This document shows positions 10,098-22,519 of a DNA stretch of 41,120 nt, piece after piece. The position numbers were made by a program, and so were the translations under genes. The stretch is taken from contig JBNGIO010004459.1 in NCBI GenBank assembly GCA_049999805.1, forward strand, positions 1 to 41,120. Reading direction: 5' to 3'. This stretch comes from Folioceros fuciformis (Eukaryota). Position 1 is the first letter of the stretch, and every line of letters starts with the position of its first letter. The notes under the pieces were generated by a model. That model did no database searches. It was not told the DNA's origin and saw only the letters and a program-made list of their open reading frames with translations.

Positions 10098-11297
10098 GCC
10101 TCCTGCTCATGGTCCTACGTCCCGCCCTCCCTCGTCCAACCCCGCTCGCAGGCATCGGAGCCGTGGACGCCGCGGAAAGCCTTAAATTTCGCTGTCTGCC
10201 CAGGAAGCCGCATCCGCACGCATTGCCGTGTCCTTGTCTCTTTTACTGGGCGCCCGCGTCGGTGTATATGTATCCCCATTTCCTCATACGAGGCAGCGTT
10301 ACCGGCTGTCTGGCATCCGTGTTCTGCTTGGAGCCACAGCCCACAACGGCCACCAGATCGATAAGGGAGGTACACACCCATTACTGCATCGCCCACCTTC
10401 TTACCCCTCCACGGCTACGGGCCATGCACTCCTCCACTCCATCCTGCCTCACAGGCTGTGCACAACCTACCCTCGCCCATGGTAAACCAGCTGGGAGGGA
10501 ATGCAGGCAGAGGAAGCACTCCCCCATTCCTCCCACCTCCGGCCTCGCCTTTTGGGCTCCACACATCGAGACAATGGCCGGCCAAGATTTACAAGATGCC
10601 ATGCCTTGCTTCCGCGTGCCACCCAAAAGCCACATCTCCCTCCCTTCTTCCAGAGTGCCCCGAGCCTGCAAAATCTGGCATTGCGTCTCCCACTCCGTCC
10701 CACGAGTTTCCGTCTCTCAGCAGCCTCCCCTCCCCTTCTCTCTCACATCCACCACACTCACACACAACTTGCCACAGTCCCCTTTCCGACATTCTTCCTC
10801 CTTTCCTCGCTTTCCGACCTGGTCTCCTCCCTGCAACGTAACATGGACAGGTACATCCATGCATTTATTTTACACATGACTCCCCAACCCGTCCAAATGC
10901 CTAAGTGCCAAGAAACGGATCCCATCTATTTTTAATCCGCCAAAATGCGTGGAAGGCCTTCTATATATCCCAAGCCAAAATTCATGTGCAGCTCATAAAA
11001 GTGGGCACGCCAGACTCCCATGTGTGACCTCCTGCAGGCAAAGACCACCTTTTTCCGAGTTGAATCCCATTATAATATTTGGTTCCACATCTCATCAGCG
11101 TGCAAAAGAAAATAAAATATTTTACCTTCTAAAATCAATATTTGTATACAATATTATTACTCTTTTTCTAACTTGAGAAGACGTACAAATGCACACACAA
11201 ATCACAACATTGTTGGCTGCCTTTTGTTGGTTGTTGCTTGTCCTCCAAAGAACATACCCTATTCATTCGATTTCAATGGATTTCTTATAGCTCCTTT

Positions 11298-11579
11298 GAG
11301 TAAAAGGAGAAGGATGGGTTGTGTGAATAGTGAATAGGATTGAGGAGTCCTTGAAGCTCGAGTAAAAGGATAAGGATGGGTTGTGTGAAAAAAGTTGAGG
11401 AGTCCTCAAAGCTCGAGTAAAAGGATAAGGATGGGTTGTGCGAAAAAAGTTGAGGAGTCCTCAAAGCTCGAGTAAAAGGATAAGGATGGGTTGTGTGAAA
11501 AAAATTGAGGAGTCCTCAAAGCTTGAGTAAAAGGAGAAGGATGGGTTGTGTGAAAAGGATTGAGGAGTCCTAGAAGCTC
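11298..11579. repeat. 55-bp tandem repeat x5 (GAGTAAAAGGATAAGGATGGGTTGTGTGAAAAAAGTTGAGGAGTCCTCAAAGCTC)
   Basis: Units start at 11298, 11360, 11415, 11470 and 11525. The inner copies are nearly identical. Confidence 0.95.
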
Positions 11580-11582
11580 AAC

Positions 11583-11780
11583 TCCATTGCATTGCTCTAC
11601 AGTGAACGTTGGCTAATGCCATACACAGGACCACGACATTGGCAAGCGAAATTCCATTGCTCTACAGTAAGCATTGGCTAATGCCATGTACAGACCACGA
11701 CATTGGTTGGCACGAGAAATTCCATTGCTTAATAGTGAGTGTTGGTTAATGCCATGCAGAGGACCACGACATTGGCAAAA
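11583..11780. repeat. ~65-70 bp tandem repeat x3 (TCCATTGC...TTGGCTAATGCCAT...GACCACGACATTGG)
   Basis: Three diverged copies directly following the 55-bp array. Confidence 0.85.
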
Positions 11781-11919
11781 GAGAGACCAGCTCCAATGGT
11801 AGTAGGTAGACCCTTCCTCCTCTGGACCATGATATTTTAAGTGCTATTGGTAGTCATTAGGCTTGGGATTAGCCCTAGTGTCCCAATCATGATGAGTAAA
11901 TGGTTTTCATAAAAACATC

Positions 11920-12035
11920 TTGGTTCACTTAGGTGAGTTACATGAAGAACAAAGTTTAAAAACTAAAGACCATGGTTGGTTCACTTAGGTGAGTTACATG
12001 AAGAACAAAGTTTAAAAACTAAAGACCATGGTTGG
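11920..12035. repeat. Perfect 56-bp tandem duplication
   Basis: TTGGTTCACTTAGGTGAGTTACATGAAGAACAAAGTTTAAAAACTAAAGACCATGG at 11920 and 11976. Confidence 0.95.
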
Positions 12036-12629
12036 AGACTGTAGTTAATGGTTTAGGGTTTAGTTACAGTCACTTGTCTATCTTGACAGATGTAATATGA
12101 TGACTTTGTTCAAACTCCATTGCTAATCTTCTTTGGAGAAGAGTGAAGAACAAATATAGATCATGGGTTGATGGGAGAATGCTTTCTAATGTAGACTTCC
12201 CTACTTTGGGAAATGGAGAGCCATTTGTGAAGCTAGAAGGATAGGATAGACGGAAGAAGGGAAGGGATAGATTAAAGTAGGAAAATCCTTAGAACAAAAA
12301 ATATTTGATATAATGATATCAAAATGTGGATAGCAATAAATAGCCCAATCCGCAATCGGATCTGCAAGTTGATACATGCTCATAAATGACAAGTAAATGG
12401 TATGAATTGAATGGGATGGCAGGGGTTGACAAAGGCAACTTTGTATGAACAAATGCGGCCCAATCCGGGCCGGCCGCGACCTCTCACGGAGATCAAGAGT
12501 TTGTAGGGCAGCAGCAACCTGCCTTGGTAAAGTACGAAGCAGTACGTCCAGCTAACGGGAAGGCCCCTCCTCTCTAACCTTGGTGGGGGCCGCTCGCTGC
12601 CAGTTACCTACTACCGCTGCCAAACCCAG

Positions 12630-12712
12630 GGTCCCACCTACCCCGGACCTGGGACCCACTGACTCCGGCCGAAAGCCCCCCTAAACAGTGTCCGCCCTAA
12701 CCGTGGTCCCAC
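12630..12712. promoter_or_regulatory. Cluster of three GGNCCCAC (TCP-type) motifs
   Basis: GGTCCCAC at 12630, GGACCCAC at 12652 and GGTCCCAC at 12705 (overlapping GTGGTCCC). Function is inferred from the motif only. Confidence 0.4.
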
Positions 12713-15700
12713 CCGGGTTCCGTTCCCACTTTTCATTTCCTACTATACGCCTCTCATTCGCCAGGGGCCAGCATGCCACGGACCGTGACCTGATACGATA
12801 ACAGAGGAAACCAGGGCTAAAAACAGTGCGCAAACAGCTCAATAGGGCCAGGACGGCTAAAGCAAACAGGGCTTCCGTAATGGCCTGGAGGTCCGCGCGC
12901 CAAAATCTTGGCGACAGTCTGTAACGCACTGCGTCTGGAACAGGAAATGTACTTATCTCTCCAGATTCCTCGGCTGGGATAAAAACAAACTCAGCGAAGC
13001 CGCGGCTGGCCAGGCCGGCCCCCGCTCCACAGTAACGGGGTCGGCCCGGACACCTGACCTGAGTGTGGCGTATGTATGCGTGCGGTACCGCCGTATCCGG
13101 TATCCGGTCTGAATACGCTGCGCGGTACAGATTGGGAAAAAGCGCGAAAGCGGTCTGTGTGAATAGGCATAATGATTCTGCGCATCGTGCATGGAGGCGA
13201 GCTCGAGTGTGCGCGATGCGCATGCAAGGAGGAAGGAAGGTGGTGGAAGCATCCAACAGGGAGCGATGGAGTGTGGAAGCTCGAAAGGCAGGCAGCACAA
13301 GCAGAGCACAAGTGCCATACGCATGAGGAGGAGGAGGAGCAGCGCATGCCGCAAAGAGGCGGTCAAAAAAGCGGATGAGGTAAGCCAGAACCGCATCTCA
13401 CACACGGTCAATGCACGCCGCCTTGGAGGCGACAAGCCTGCACATGCTTGCCTCTGTCTGCCAGCGCCACCTCTTGCTCATCCTCTTGCTGCCTTTGCCA
13501 AGGTCAAACACTCTGCATGCAGCCATTTACACATGGGCTTCTTCGTGCCAACCTTTGGTGGCTGCGAGCGATGGCCGCTGCCTTGAAGGAGCCTTAGGGT
13601 TTCAGCTGTGTTCCGTTGTCTTTTGCGTGTGATTCTTCTGGATCAAGCAAGCATGGCCATGCGTTTGTGTGAGTGTCTAGGTGCGTGAGAGGGAGGGGTA
13701 GGATTGTATAGAGTGGTTAATAATGTTGAGGACGCGAGGTTTCGCAACGATTGTGGTAAGGTTGCGAATTGAGGCTGTGTTGTGTTTGCGTGTTCAATGC
13801 AATGGTGAGAGTGGTTCGTAGGTACATACGTACATGGAGGCATGGGGGAAGAGGGTGAGGGGTACGTAGATACTGTATGGAGGTATTGGATTGCATAGAG
13901 GAAGGACGGGGACCGGGCGTAGATTTGCGTGGCAGTCCTGAAAGCTTGACTGTGGACTCTACTGTGGGGGAAGACCGACCGGCCTTCTGTAGAGAGGGGC
14001 ATGCTTTGGCAACAGCTGTCTCTTGTTGTTTCGACTGATGGGAGCTGCAGAAAGGCTTCGTATGACAGACGCGTAGGGTAGTAGTCAGTGACGTTAGGGA
14101 GAGGACGGTACAACGGGGACACACAACTGGAGGTGCTGCCGCGACGGGGACTCCTGTAGAGTCTGACACCGTTTTGGCGGGGCTTGGCTCATGAGCGCTC
14201 AGCTGGCGAGCGCTTACAGGGAGAGTCCTTTGCTTGGCTTGGCTAGTTGTGTTACTTGTAATGTACTGGCTAATATCCCTTGGAGGGATGTGGGGTGGGG
14301 TGATGATGCATCTGACATGGAGTCATGGTCATGATGCGCACCACATTGAAGAGGGCCCAGCCTCAGGTCCATTGTTTGCTGGCAGGACAGGGAGGGCTGG
14401 CCCAGTCACCCAGAGCTGCATGTGCCGGGGGCAGTAAGAGGGACGACTTGGGAGATGGTCGTGGACAACGTGAGGAAACGCGAGTCGCTTTGACTCATAA
14501 GGAGTTGGGGGGAAGATTAACGAGACGAGCCGAAGAGGAGAAGAGGAGAACAGGTGAAGAGGAGACGAGAAAAGATGGGATACGACACCCGTCGTCCTGG
14601 ATCTCTGTATACATCCACGTTGTGTTGCCCGTTGGGTCAGTGAATTGTGAGTGACTGAGATGCAGTCGGCTGCCTGGATTCTTGGATCATGACCTGGGGC
14701 TGCATCATCATGGCTCTGCCCCAACCAGCTGCTCCTCGTAAGGCTGGAAATGGGATGGAATCATGGCCTGCTGCACAGGGACGCGTGAACTTGAATTTTT
14801 GTCTCTTATTACCAGATTTGTGTGAAGTGAGTGATGCTCGAGGTTATGAAGCAGAGCAAGAAAGCAGATAGGGGTGACAGGGGCATCATGGGCTCCGGAA
14901 GACGTTCGCTTGCAACAGAAACGCGAAGTTGAAGCGGGCTGCCCCAACAGCTTGGGGCGCGGAAGGGGTGGATTGCTGTAACCTCTGTCCTGCCAATCAT
15001 GATTTGACGAATAGAAGCTGCACTTTCAGGTAAGGATTTTGTGAGCTGCGAGGAAGCGAGCCCCCTCGCCTGCCTGCCTACACACAGTGTCTCTAATCCC
15101 TCAGGCTGCCATGCCAGACCCAGGCAGCCTCTCCAAACCAAACGAAGGCTGCCACAAATGACGGTTTGCTTTGTCGTTGCAGAAGGCACAGCCCAGAATG
15201 ATTGCCGCCAAAATCGGGCTTCTTGTCCGCCTGTCTGCCTTATCATCAGCTGTTGTGTGCCACTCGGTTCTATTTCTACTCACTTATACACAAGCAGAGC
15301 TACATGATCAACCAATTTATTGTAACCGTAACGGAATGTGGCCTTGGGGCATTCAATCCAAGTCGTTAGCACCTGGCCCCCGGGCCTGCTCGGGAAGGTC
15401 AACAGTTGCTGCGCAGTAACCTCTGTGGTTAACCATTTCCCGCCCTGCCCACTCATCAGGATTTGGCCATCTCCTACTACAATCCCCGTCTAATCTTGCA
15501 GTAATGGCACATTTGGGATGCAGATTAGTGGATGCATGGCCGGTGCAGGATTGATCAACACAATAATCCGAGTTGATTCCCGGAGCTGTACAAAGAGGAC
15601 GTTGGTAACTGCCTGATTAAATGAGGGCTTCATGGAAGACACTCTCATGGACGCATACCAAGGATTTTAGGGCGGTTTGTCTTGCGCGGATCATGATCCG

Positions 15701-16465
15701 ACGTCATTAATTAATCTATGCTCGTTGGATTATGGGCTCCGTAGGACGGAATCTTCTTGTTCTCAACGTCCCACAAGGTCATTGGTAGATCTACTTCATC
15801 ATACACCGTAGGTGTATCCATGTATCCCGAAACAGTGGAGGCAAATTGACCTAGGTATTTCGTTTCCACCCGTTCAAGGGAAGTCAAAAAAATACTATGG
15901 TGCAGAGCTACTGCAACAGACTGGTCAAAATTGTCCCGGGAGCTGTCAGGCACGAGGATGTCAACAGCACTGCGCGACTGTACAGTCTTGGTGTGTACGA
16001 CCAGCTCGCTTGTAATGCACTTCCAATCCTCCGTCCGTCTGAAGCAATGAGAGCTCTGTCGACTTTGACACAAGTAAAACATTTCCGCCTGGCCCGCCCA
16101 CTATCCAAGGTCACAGTGCTCTTCACCATCTGCACGCCTGTGAGTCTGAACGCGGAAGCTCGTACAAAATTGTGTCACAACTATCACACTCTAAGAAGAC
16201 TTCCCAATGCCACCTCCTCCACCACACAGAAATTATAGCTGCTCCTGCGCCTCAGACCACTGGACTGAAGACTCGAAGCTCAAAATCTGCCATGAGAGAT
16301 TTCACCTCGTGATCTTAGTTCAAGTAAGGGATGAGGCTGATGTGGAAAACTGAAAGGGAAAAAAAAGATTTAGAAAGCACGCGCACAACCTTTCACTAGC
16401 AGCCGAGAACCGTGTGTACGCCGTGTTAGCCCCCTCCATAACTTTGAAGCTGCAGCTTAGATGCT

Positions 16466-18391
16466 TCACTGCAAAAATCTGCGTCGACATCTCAAGGAAC
16501 CATGCTCTTCATACTCCCTTTTGGTGACTGCTGCACCATAGTAGAAGTCAGGACTTGAAGCCAATATCGAGCCGCCTCTCCATGCGCTCTCCATGGGACT
16601 GCTTGGACGCACCAGGAAAATCAGTCCAGTCAAAATCAGTACTGCTGTAACGAAAAGCAGCAAATCTTGCCGACAAGAGGCGTTACCTTTCAGCAAGTTG
16701 AACGTTGAGTTGATACTCTGCAGGGACAAGGGGTCGCAGTTCTAGCTCCCTGCAACAAGGGAAGGGAAGCAAGGGATTAAAGCACAGGAACTCGTGCCTT
16801 ATTTTGGCAAAAGTACAGACCACCAGCTACACAGCAGACGAGCGATTCAGGTGAAAAAGCTTACGAGATGACTCACATCCTTTCCTTAAAACCGGGAAAC
16901 AGTGTGCTCCCACCTGTCAATATCACACTTTAGAAAAGCAAGCACAGGAGTCAGCTGCGAGAAGGGATGCAGGCAAGCAAGTCCGACAGAACCATCAGAA
17001 ACGAGAGAATTTACTCAACCTGGAATACAGCAAAGGATGTAGCGCAGAGTGACAGGCGTTGACGGCTCTCACAACACACTCTGCTAGTCCCGCCTCATCC
17101 ATTCCTACAAGGCAACTGTGCTTCAATCAGCACCCTGTAGACAATCGCTTCACATCGCAGAACTTTAAAACAAACTAGAAAAACATGCTCTGACCTAAGT
17201 CAGCCGGATGATATAACATCTCTGGAACAAGAAACCTCTCGTTGGTCAAGGTCAGCTCCTGGAGACAAAATGTCAGTTGATCAGCATCCGTCATCACTTG
17301 TTGCAAAGAGATAGACACCGAAACCCCACTAAAATGTCTTACCTGATCCTCGTCCACTACATGACCAGCCACTTTACTGCCCTTCTTTTTCTGGTCACCA
17401 AAACCTAGAGGCTCTGAAACACTGGCGTCGTCTCCGTTCTCTGTCAAATCCAATGCATCGACGTCCATAGAGTCCGACCCCTTCTTCATCGCCCTGTTCG
17501 CAGCTACGCGGTCCTTAACAAAGCCTCGCTTGTACTTTATCCCATCAGGCAAAACATACTGACACTGAATGTAGTTGTCTTTACCACGCTTCCTGCGCCG
17601 ACACCACGTTCACACATCTTTCATCACCTTGAACCCTAATTTGAAACCCCAAAACCCAGCCTCAACAATGAAAGATCCGATCCGAAGCACCTTGCGACCT
17701 CAAGGTCTGCCTTGACGTCGAGCGAGCAATAACACAACTCCTCCTTCACATCCTCCATCAGATAAGTCTCATCCATCATATTCCAAGCGCGATAGGACAC
17801 GAGCTCCTTGAGATAATTGGTGAGCGCCTTGCCTCCCAAATTAAGCCTTTTCACGCCCTGCTTGACAACAAATCCCTGGTACACCGGCACAGCGTGCGAG
17901 AACGAAAATCCGGAATCCAGCACCAAGCTACACCCGGACCTCGCCAGCAAGCTCGAAGGCGGAGCTCGGCTGCGCTCGTACATATGCGCCAGAGCAGGGC
18001 CGTTGGCCACATACAACGACTGGAACCCCATCTCCTCAAACACAAGCTCGTCAGTCATTTTCTGAATGGCAGGCAGCGTGAACAGCGGCTCCACCAGCAG
18101 CAGGCTGCACTCCGCAGGCTTCACCTTGAGCAGGTGCTTAAAGATGCGATCCCACACCTCCTTCTCCACGTCTACCAGAGTTAGGTACCCCCGGTCCATG
18201 GCACGGCGCAAGGCAATTCCCTGAATCTCCTCACATTCCTGCAGCAGGTCCGCGGCCAGCCATCTCTTGCTGCTGCGAGGCCGGCCCACGCAATTCGGGA
18301 CCACCACGGAAGGCCTCTCCTCCCCCGCAAATCCAGCCTTGCAGAATCCTGCACCATTGTCGAGCACCACCACGGTACCGCCGCGGGACAT
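16466..18391 (-). CDS. ARP6: Actin-related protein 6 (SWR1 complex), ~448 aa; exons 18391-17691, 17592-17343, 17258-17195, 17104-17020, 16927-16877, 16749-16687, 16598-16466
   Basis: Motifs VVVLDNGAGFCKAGF, LVLDSGFSFSHAVP, LNLGGKALTNYLKELVSYR, YVLPDG, LTNERFLVPEMLYHPADLG, ILTGGS and AWRGGSILAS. All six GT-AG introns are phase-consistent. Confidence 0.95.
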
Positions 18392-19235
18392 GGCCTCGAG
18401 CTCTCGATGAACTGGAGGCCCTGTAGGATGAATATGTTGCCCGTTGGGACGACATGCTTTCCAAGCCCATGGTCCTTCGTTGTGGATGGAATATAAATAT
18501 TTCATATGCCTTTCCAGTCCTTTCGTTTGCATCTCAACCATATATCACAGAAAAAAAAAATAGCGGTTTGGATGGGTTTCCATCTCTTCTTGCAGGACTT
18601 GGATTTAACAACCAGTGCATGTCTAGCAGCTTCATCGCTCGGGCTATCTGCCTTTGGGCCTTCCATCCTCCATGGTTTTCTCTCCATCCTAATGGGTTTC
18701 TCATCTCTTCTTTGTAATTTCCGTCAACAGTGTAAGCAAGTCTAGTTCCAATGATAACGATGCAATATAGAAGATGTCTGTAAGATGTATGTATCTGTTC
18801 TCCAAATAAGAACTTGTAAGGTAAGTACTTAATGGTAACCAGATTTGTATAGGAAATTGGATATATAATTGTGGTTGGTGGGTGGCATAGCTGCAGCGAC
18901 TGCAGTTCCCAAGCATATGACCGGAATCTACAAGAAGTGAGTCAGATTTCACGACCGGAACGCTCTTATCGTGCAGGGGTTTGCGGGCCAGGAGTGAAGG
19001 CAGCCCGAGGCTTCCCAGGAATTGAGCCAAGCATGCATCTACACCCAACGAGGCCACCCCTGCGCTGCGCGACGGGATCTGGGAGGCACCTTTTGAAGTC
19101 ACGTTGTTTCCAAGGGGGTTTGTCATCCAGGTAGATCAAAGCGGGAAGGTCGGATTCTGGACGCCTGAATTCCGGGTTTGAGTTTGGGCCGGAGGTTCCA
19201 GCATCTGGCAGGCTGCGGCCTTGTCTGCTAGCAGG

Positions 19236-21131
19236 ATGAGATCGAGTTACTACGACGATTTCGAGGACAAGGCGTCGCCAGGTTTGATCTGCCTCTCGCT
19301 GGCCTTGGATTGGTGGGTTCCTCCTTTGGAATGGAGATGGTGTCGGTCAAGTTGGGATTGCTAAGGTTTTGTGGGTTGGATCAGCACAAACGATGGCGAA
19401 GCTGAAGGTTCTGCTACAGAAACCGGACAACAAGGTTTGCGCGGACTGTGGAGCTCCGGACCCAAAGTGGGCGTACGTTTCCGGCTCTGGCTGTGGGTCT
19501 TGTAGATCTGGAATTGAATTCATGTTCAGTGGCTTGTTGTAGACATGGGATGGGTTGGGTTGAGGGAAGGGTTGGTTAGCTGGATCATGTGGAGACTGTT
19601 TTGTTCACCTGCAGATCCACGAACATCGGGGTATTCGTTTGCATCAAGTGTGCTGGAGTGCACCGGAGTCTTGGTGTTCACATCTCTAAGGTTTTGGTTC
19701 ATGCCGAGCACTCCTCATGTTGCTGAAGGTAGGTTGTCGTTGCGTGGGTTGGGTAGCCAGCTGCTCACTCGATTGGATGGCTTGTTCAGATCCTGTCTGT
19801 TACTCTGGACGAGTGGACGGATGAGCAAGTGGCAGTGATGGTTGCAGTAGACGGAAATGCTGAAGCAAATGCAGTTTACGAGGCTGACTTGCCTCCTAAC
19901 GTGAAGCCTGAACCAGGTGCCTGGATTGAGGAGCGGCAAGATTTCATCAGGTGAGCTACACGTTGTCTTGTTTCCTGTTTTTTGGGGTATGTTGTAGTTG
20001 GACGGCAAGTTGGTGATGGCTGCTGGTGCGAACACCTTCAGGAGGAAATACGAAGATCGGGAGTTTCTAAAATCCCGCCATCGGGCTGAGAGTCTGAGAA
20101 CCTCCAGTCACACCTCTTCCAGTGGCCAGCACGTATCTTCAAGCTTAAACTCCAGAATTCAACACTCCGTGTCATCAAACCAGAGCTCGATGGCTCGCAC
20201 TGACTCTCAAAAGCCGGTCCGGACCAACCACCTTTCTTTATTCTCTCGTGTATTCGGGAAGAGCTCGAAAAAAAGGGAGGCCGAGAATGGGTCGCAGAAG
20301 ATTTCATCTCTAGTACGGTCATAAGCCATGGATGGGTTTGGGCATGGTTGTTTGGTGTGTGCCAAGCTAACTTTTCCCCAACTGATGTGTTTCAGAAGCC
20401 TGTTGTCGCTTGCTGCAGGCTGGCATGGTTGAGTTCATCGGACTGCTCAAGGTCAAGGTGAAACGCGGCACAAGTCTTGTAGTTCGGGATGTCATGAGCA
20501 GTGACCCCTACGTTGTTGTCTCGTTAGGAAACCAGGTTGTTTTCCTTTCCGCTGCTCTCACTACGGGTCTCCATGCTGCACAACGGGATACTTCAACCAA
20601 CCTATGATCATCCCGAGTCTTGTCCTCTAGCTCCACTGACACGTCATTTGTCTGTGCTTCACAGACCATGAAGACCAAAGTCATCAGGAGCAATCTGAAT
20701 CCAGTGTGGGACGAAGAGCTCATGCTGTCCGTCCCAAGCCCTCCTGTACCTCTGAAACTGGTGAGTTTTCTCCTGGTGCCCTGTGTCCACGTTTCTGATC
20801 CCATCTGTGGACTCAGAAGTCCTCAAAACACGAATGGTTCGTTTTGCAGGAAGTGTTCGACAAAGATACGTTCTCAGCTGACGATTCAATGGGTACTGTG
20901 GAAGTTGACCTGGACCCCCTAGTGGCTGCCGCCAGCCTTCACGAGGGATTACATGATGTAGGCAACATCCAAATAGGGAAATGGCTGGCTACCAGTGATA
21001 ATCCTTTACTGGAGGACAGTGCAATCCGCATCGTGGATGGTGAGGTGAAGCAAGAAATGAGCTTGAAGTTACAGAATGTTGAACGCGGGGAGATAGAGAT
21101 TGCCTTAACTTGGATGCCTCTTAACCAGTAA
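19236..21131 (+). CDS. ArfGAP + C2 domain protein (AGD11/12/13 class), ~378 aa; exons 19236-19281, 19385-19472, 19615-19690, 19790-19950, 20042-20312, 20419-20535, 20665-20760, 20850-21131
   Basis: ArfGAP zinc finger [16 protein letters not shown]...[19 protein letters not shown]2 domain [18 protein letters not shown]...SSDPYVV...[10 protein letters not shown]...[13 protein letters not shown]...[12 protein letters not shown]. Introns are phase-consistent; the first short exon is least certain. Confidence 0.93.
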
Positions 21132-21697
21132 TCGCCTTACATACTCCATGCTAACATCCCAGATTTTGGCCAACTGATTGATCGCATCAATCAGTTGGCC
21201 AAAAACTGCAGTGGATTGGTCCTTTGTAGTTACACTAACAGTCCAGACCAGATTAATGTATTTTACTGTCGTATTTGAAAGTATTGAAACCCCCGCTGCA
21301 ATTTTGCAAGAGTGACTACAAATTTTCACACAATTCCATGTTATCACTCGCTGAGTCTTTCCTGCTCAGGAATCCACGTACCGAGCTTCACGTAACGGGC
21401 CAGTCCGCCAAGTGGCTTGCTGAAGGAAGAAGCCACGTACTTGCAGACATACTTGGCAAGCCATACCTCTGCCGCTTTGGCAGCAGGTGATTCACGCATG
21501 GCACAATCTGCAACAGGTGTTGTAAACTGCGCAAAGATGAGCCAAATTCGTTGCGCGAAATCAGGTGGTGGAGAGGGAGCATAGTTATCACAATTGTCCT
21601 TGTCACCTCCTCGCTATTCGTCGCCGTTCGCAGCGAGAAGTGTACATTTTCCGTGGCCATCAGCTAATCCGAGGCTCTTTGCTTGCCAAGGCAAGGC

Positions 21698-22519
21698 ATG
21701 TTGGTGCTGCAGAAAGCCGTCTTGGTCGTACCTTCGTCGTTCTTGAAAGGCCATTTCCCTGTGTCCCTCAGCGTTCGGAGGAGGATCGGTGGTAGTGCCT
21801 GCTGGAATTTCCCTGGTGACGGGCTTCGTTGCAAGACTTCTGCACCGGCTGCAAGACTGAGTGTATCAGCTCCCTCCAGTGCCGAGAGTGTGGTACCGGG
21901 ATCAGCACAGCCAGAGGACGTGATGGCCTCGGAGCAGGACGTAAACTCAGGAGAGCGGTGAGCACGATCGAAGTGATCGGTTCAGTCTTTGACGTTCTGG
22001 TTCGACGGAAGGTTTCACGGCTCGAGCTCCGTGAACGGCTTTTGCTGGCATGCTCTGCTCACTGCCATTTGGTTGCACTTTCGCAGCACTCTGGAACTGA
22101 TGAAAGAGGCGTATGGAGATGCATACGCCACACGCTCCTCTGACGAAGGATTTGGCCAAATATACCCTGATGTTGTGGCACACAAGTACAAAACGAAGCA
22201 CCGCCAAGCGACTGCGCACGATGATTCCAAGGGGGCGACCCGGCAAGTGCTCTCGTCAACAGCAGACGTCGAGGAGCACCGTGAGTTTTTCCTAAACACT
22301 TCCTTAATGCTCTGTGGCTTCGCGCCGGTTTAGGGTTTCTAGGAAAGTCCATGAAATGATGGTGGAACTGATTCCGCGACCTCGACAGACATCCCAGCAG
22401 ACTTCAACACCGACCAGGGCTCGTCTGTGGGGCTGAAAGAGTCTGGCCGACACAGCGTTCAGGAACATGCCTTTGAAGATGCAGAGAAAGCTGCAAAGCA
22501 CGGCGGTTCTGCAACCTAG
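21698..22519 (+). CDS. Small hydrophilic protein resembling the At5g66780-type stress/LEA-annotated family, ~191 aa; exons 21698-21957, 22087-22280, 22398-22519
   Basis: Two GTGAG...CAG introns with matching phases (2, 1) join three partial frames. Motifs AYGDAYATRSSDEGFGQIY and EHPDFNTDQGSSVGLKESGR resemble the recalled family motifs FGEGYATRSDEEGFGG and HPDYDKTQGSEVKEKE. The N-terminus is Ser/Arg-rich and transit-peptide-like. Confidence 0.8.

Noticed and set aside
8865..10879. Long ORFs (227, 196, 204, 349 aa) in the GC-rich region
   Set aside because: Low complexity, overlapping on both strands, some spanning an N gap, no domain motifs; expected by chance at high GC.
11298..11780. Regularly spaced repeats resembling a CRISPR array
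   Set aside because: Units are head-to-tail with no unique spacers, there are no cas genes, and the context is eukaryotic.
13266..13586. Possible two-exon 65-aa peptide gene (donor GAG|GTAAG at 13380)
   Set aside because: No recognisable peptide family (not CLE, RTFL/DVL or RALF) and a weak acceptor; unsupported without transcripts.
18392..18541. N-terminal extension of the ARP6 ORF
   Set aside because: Non-ATG start; the actin fold begins right after ATG 18391.
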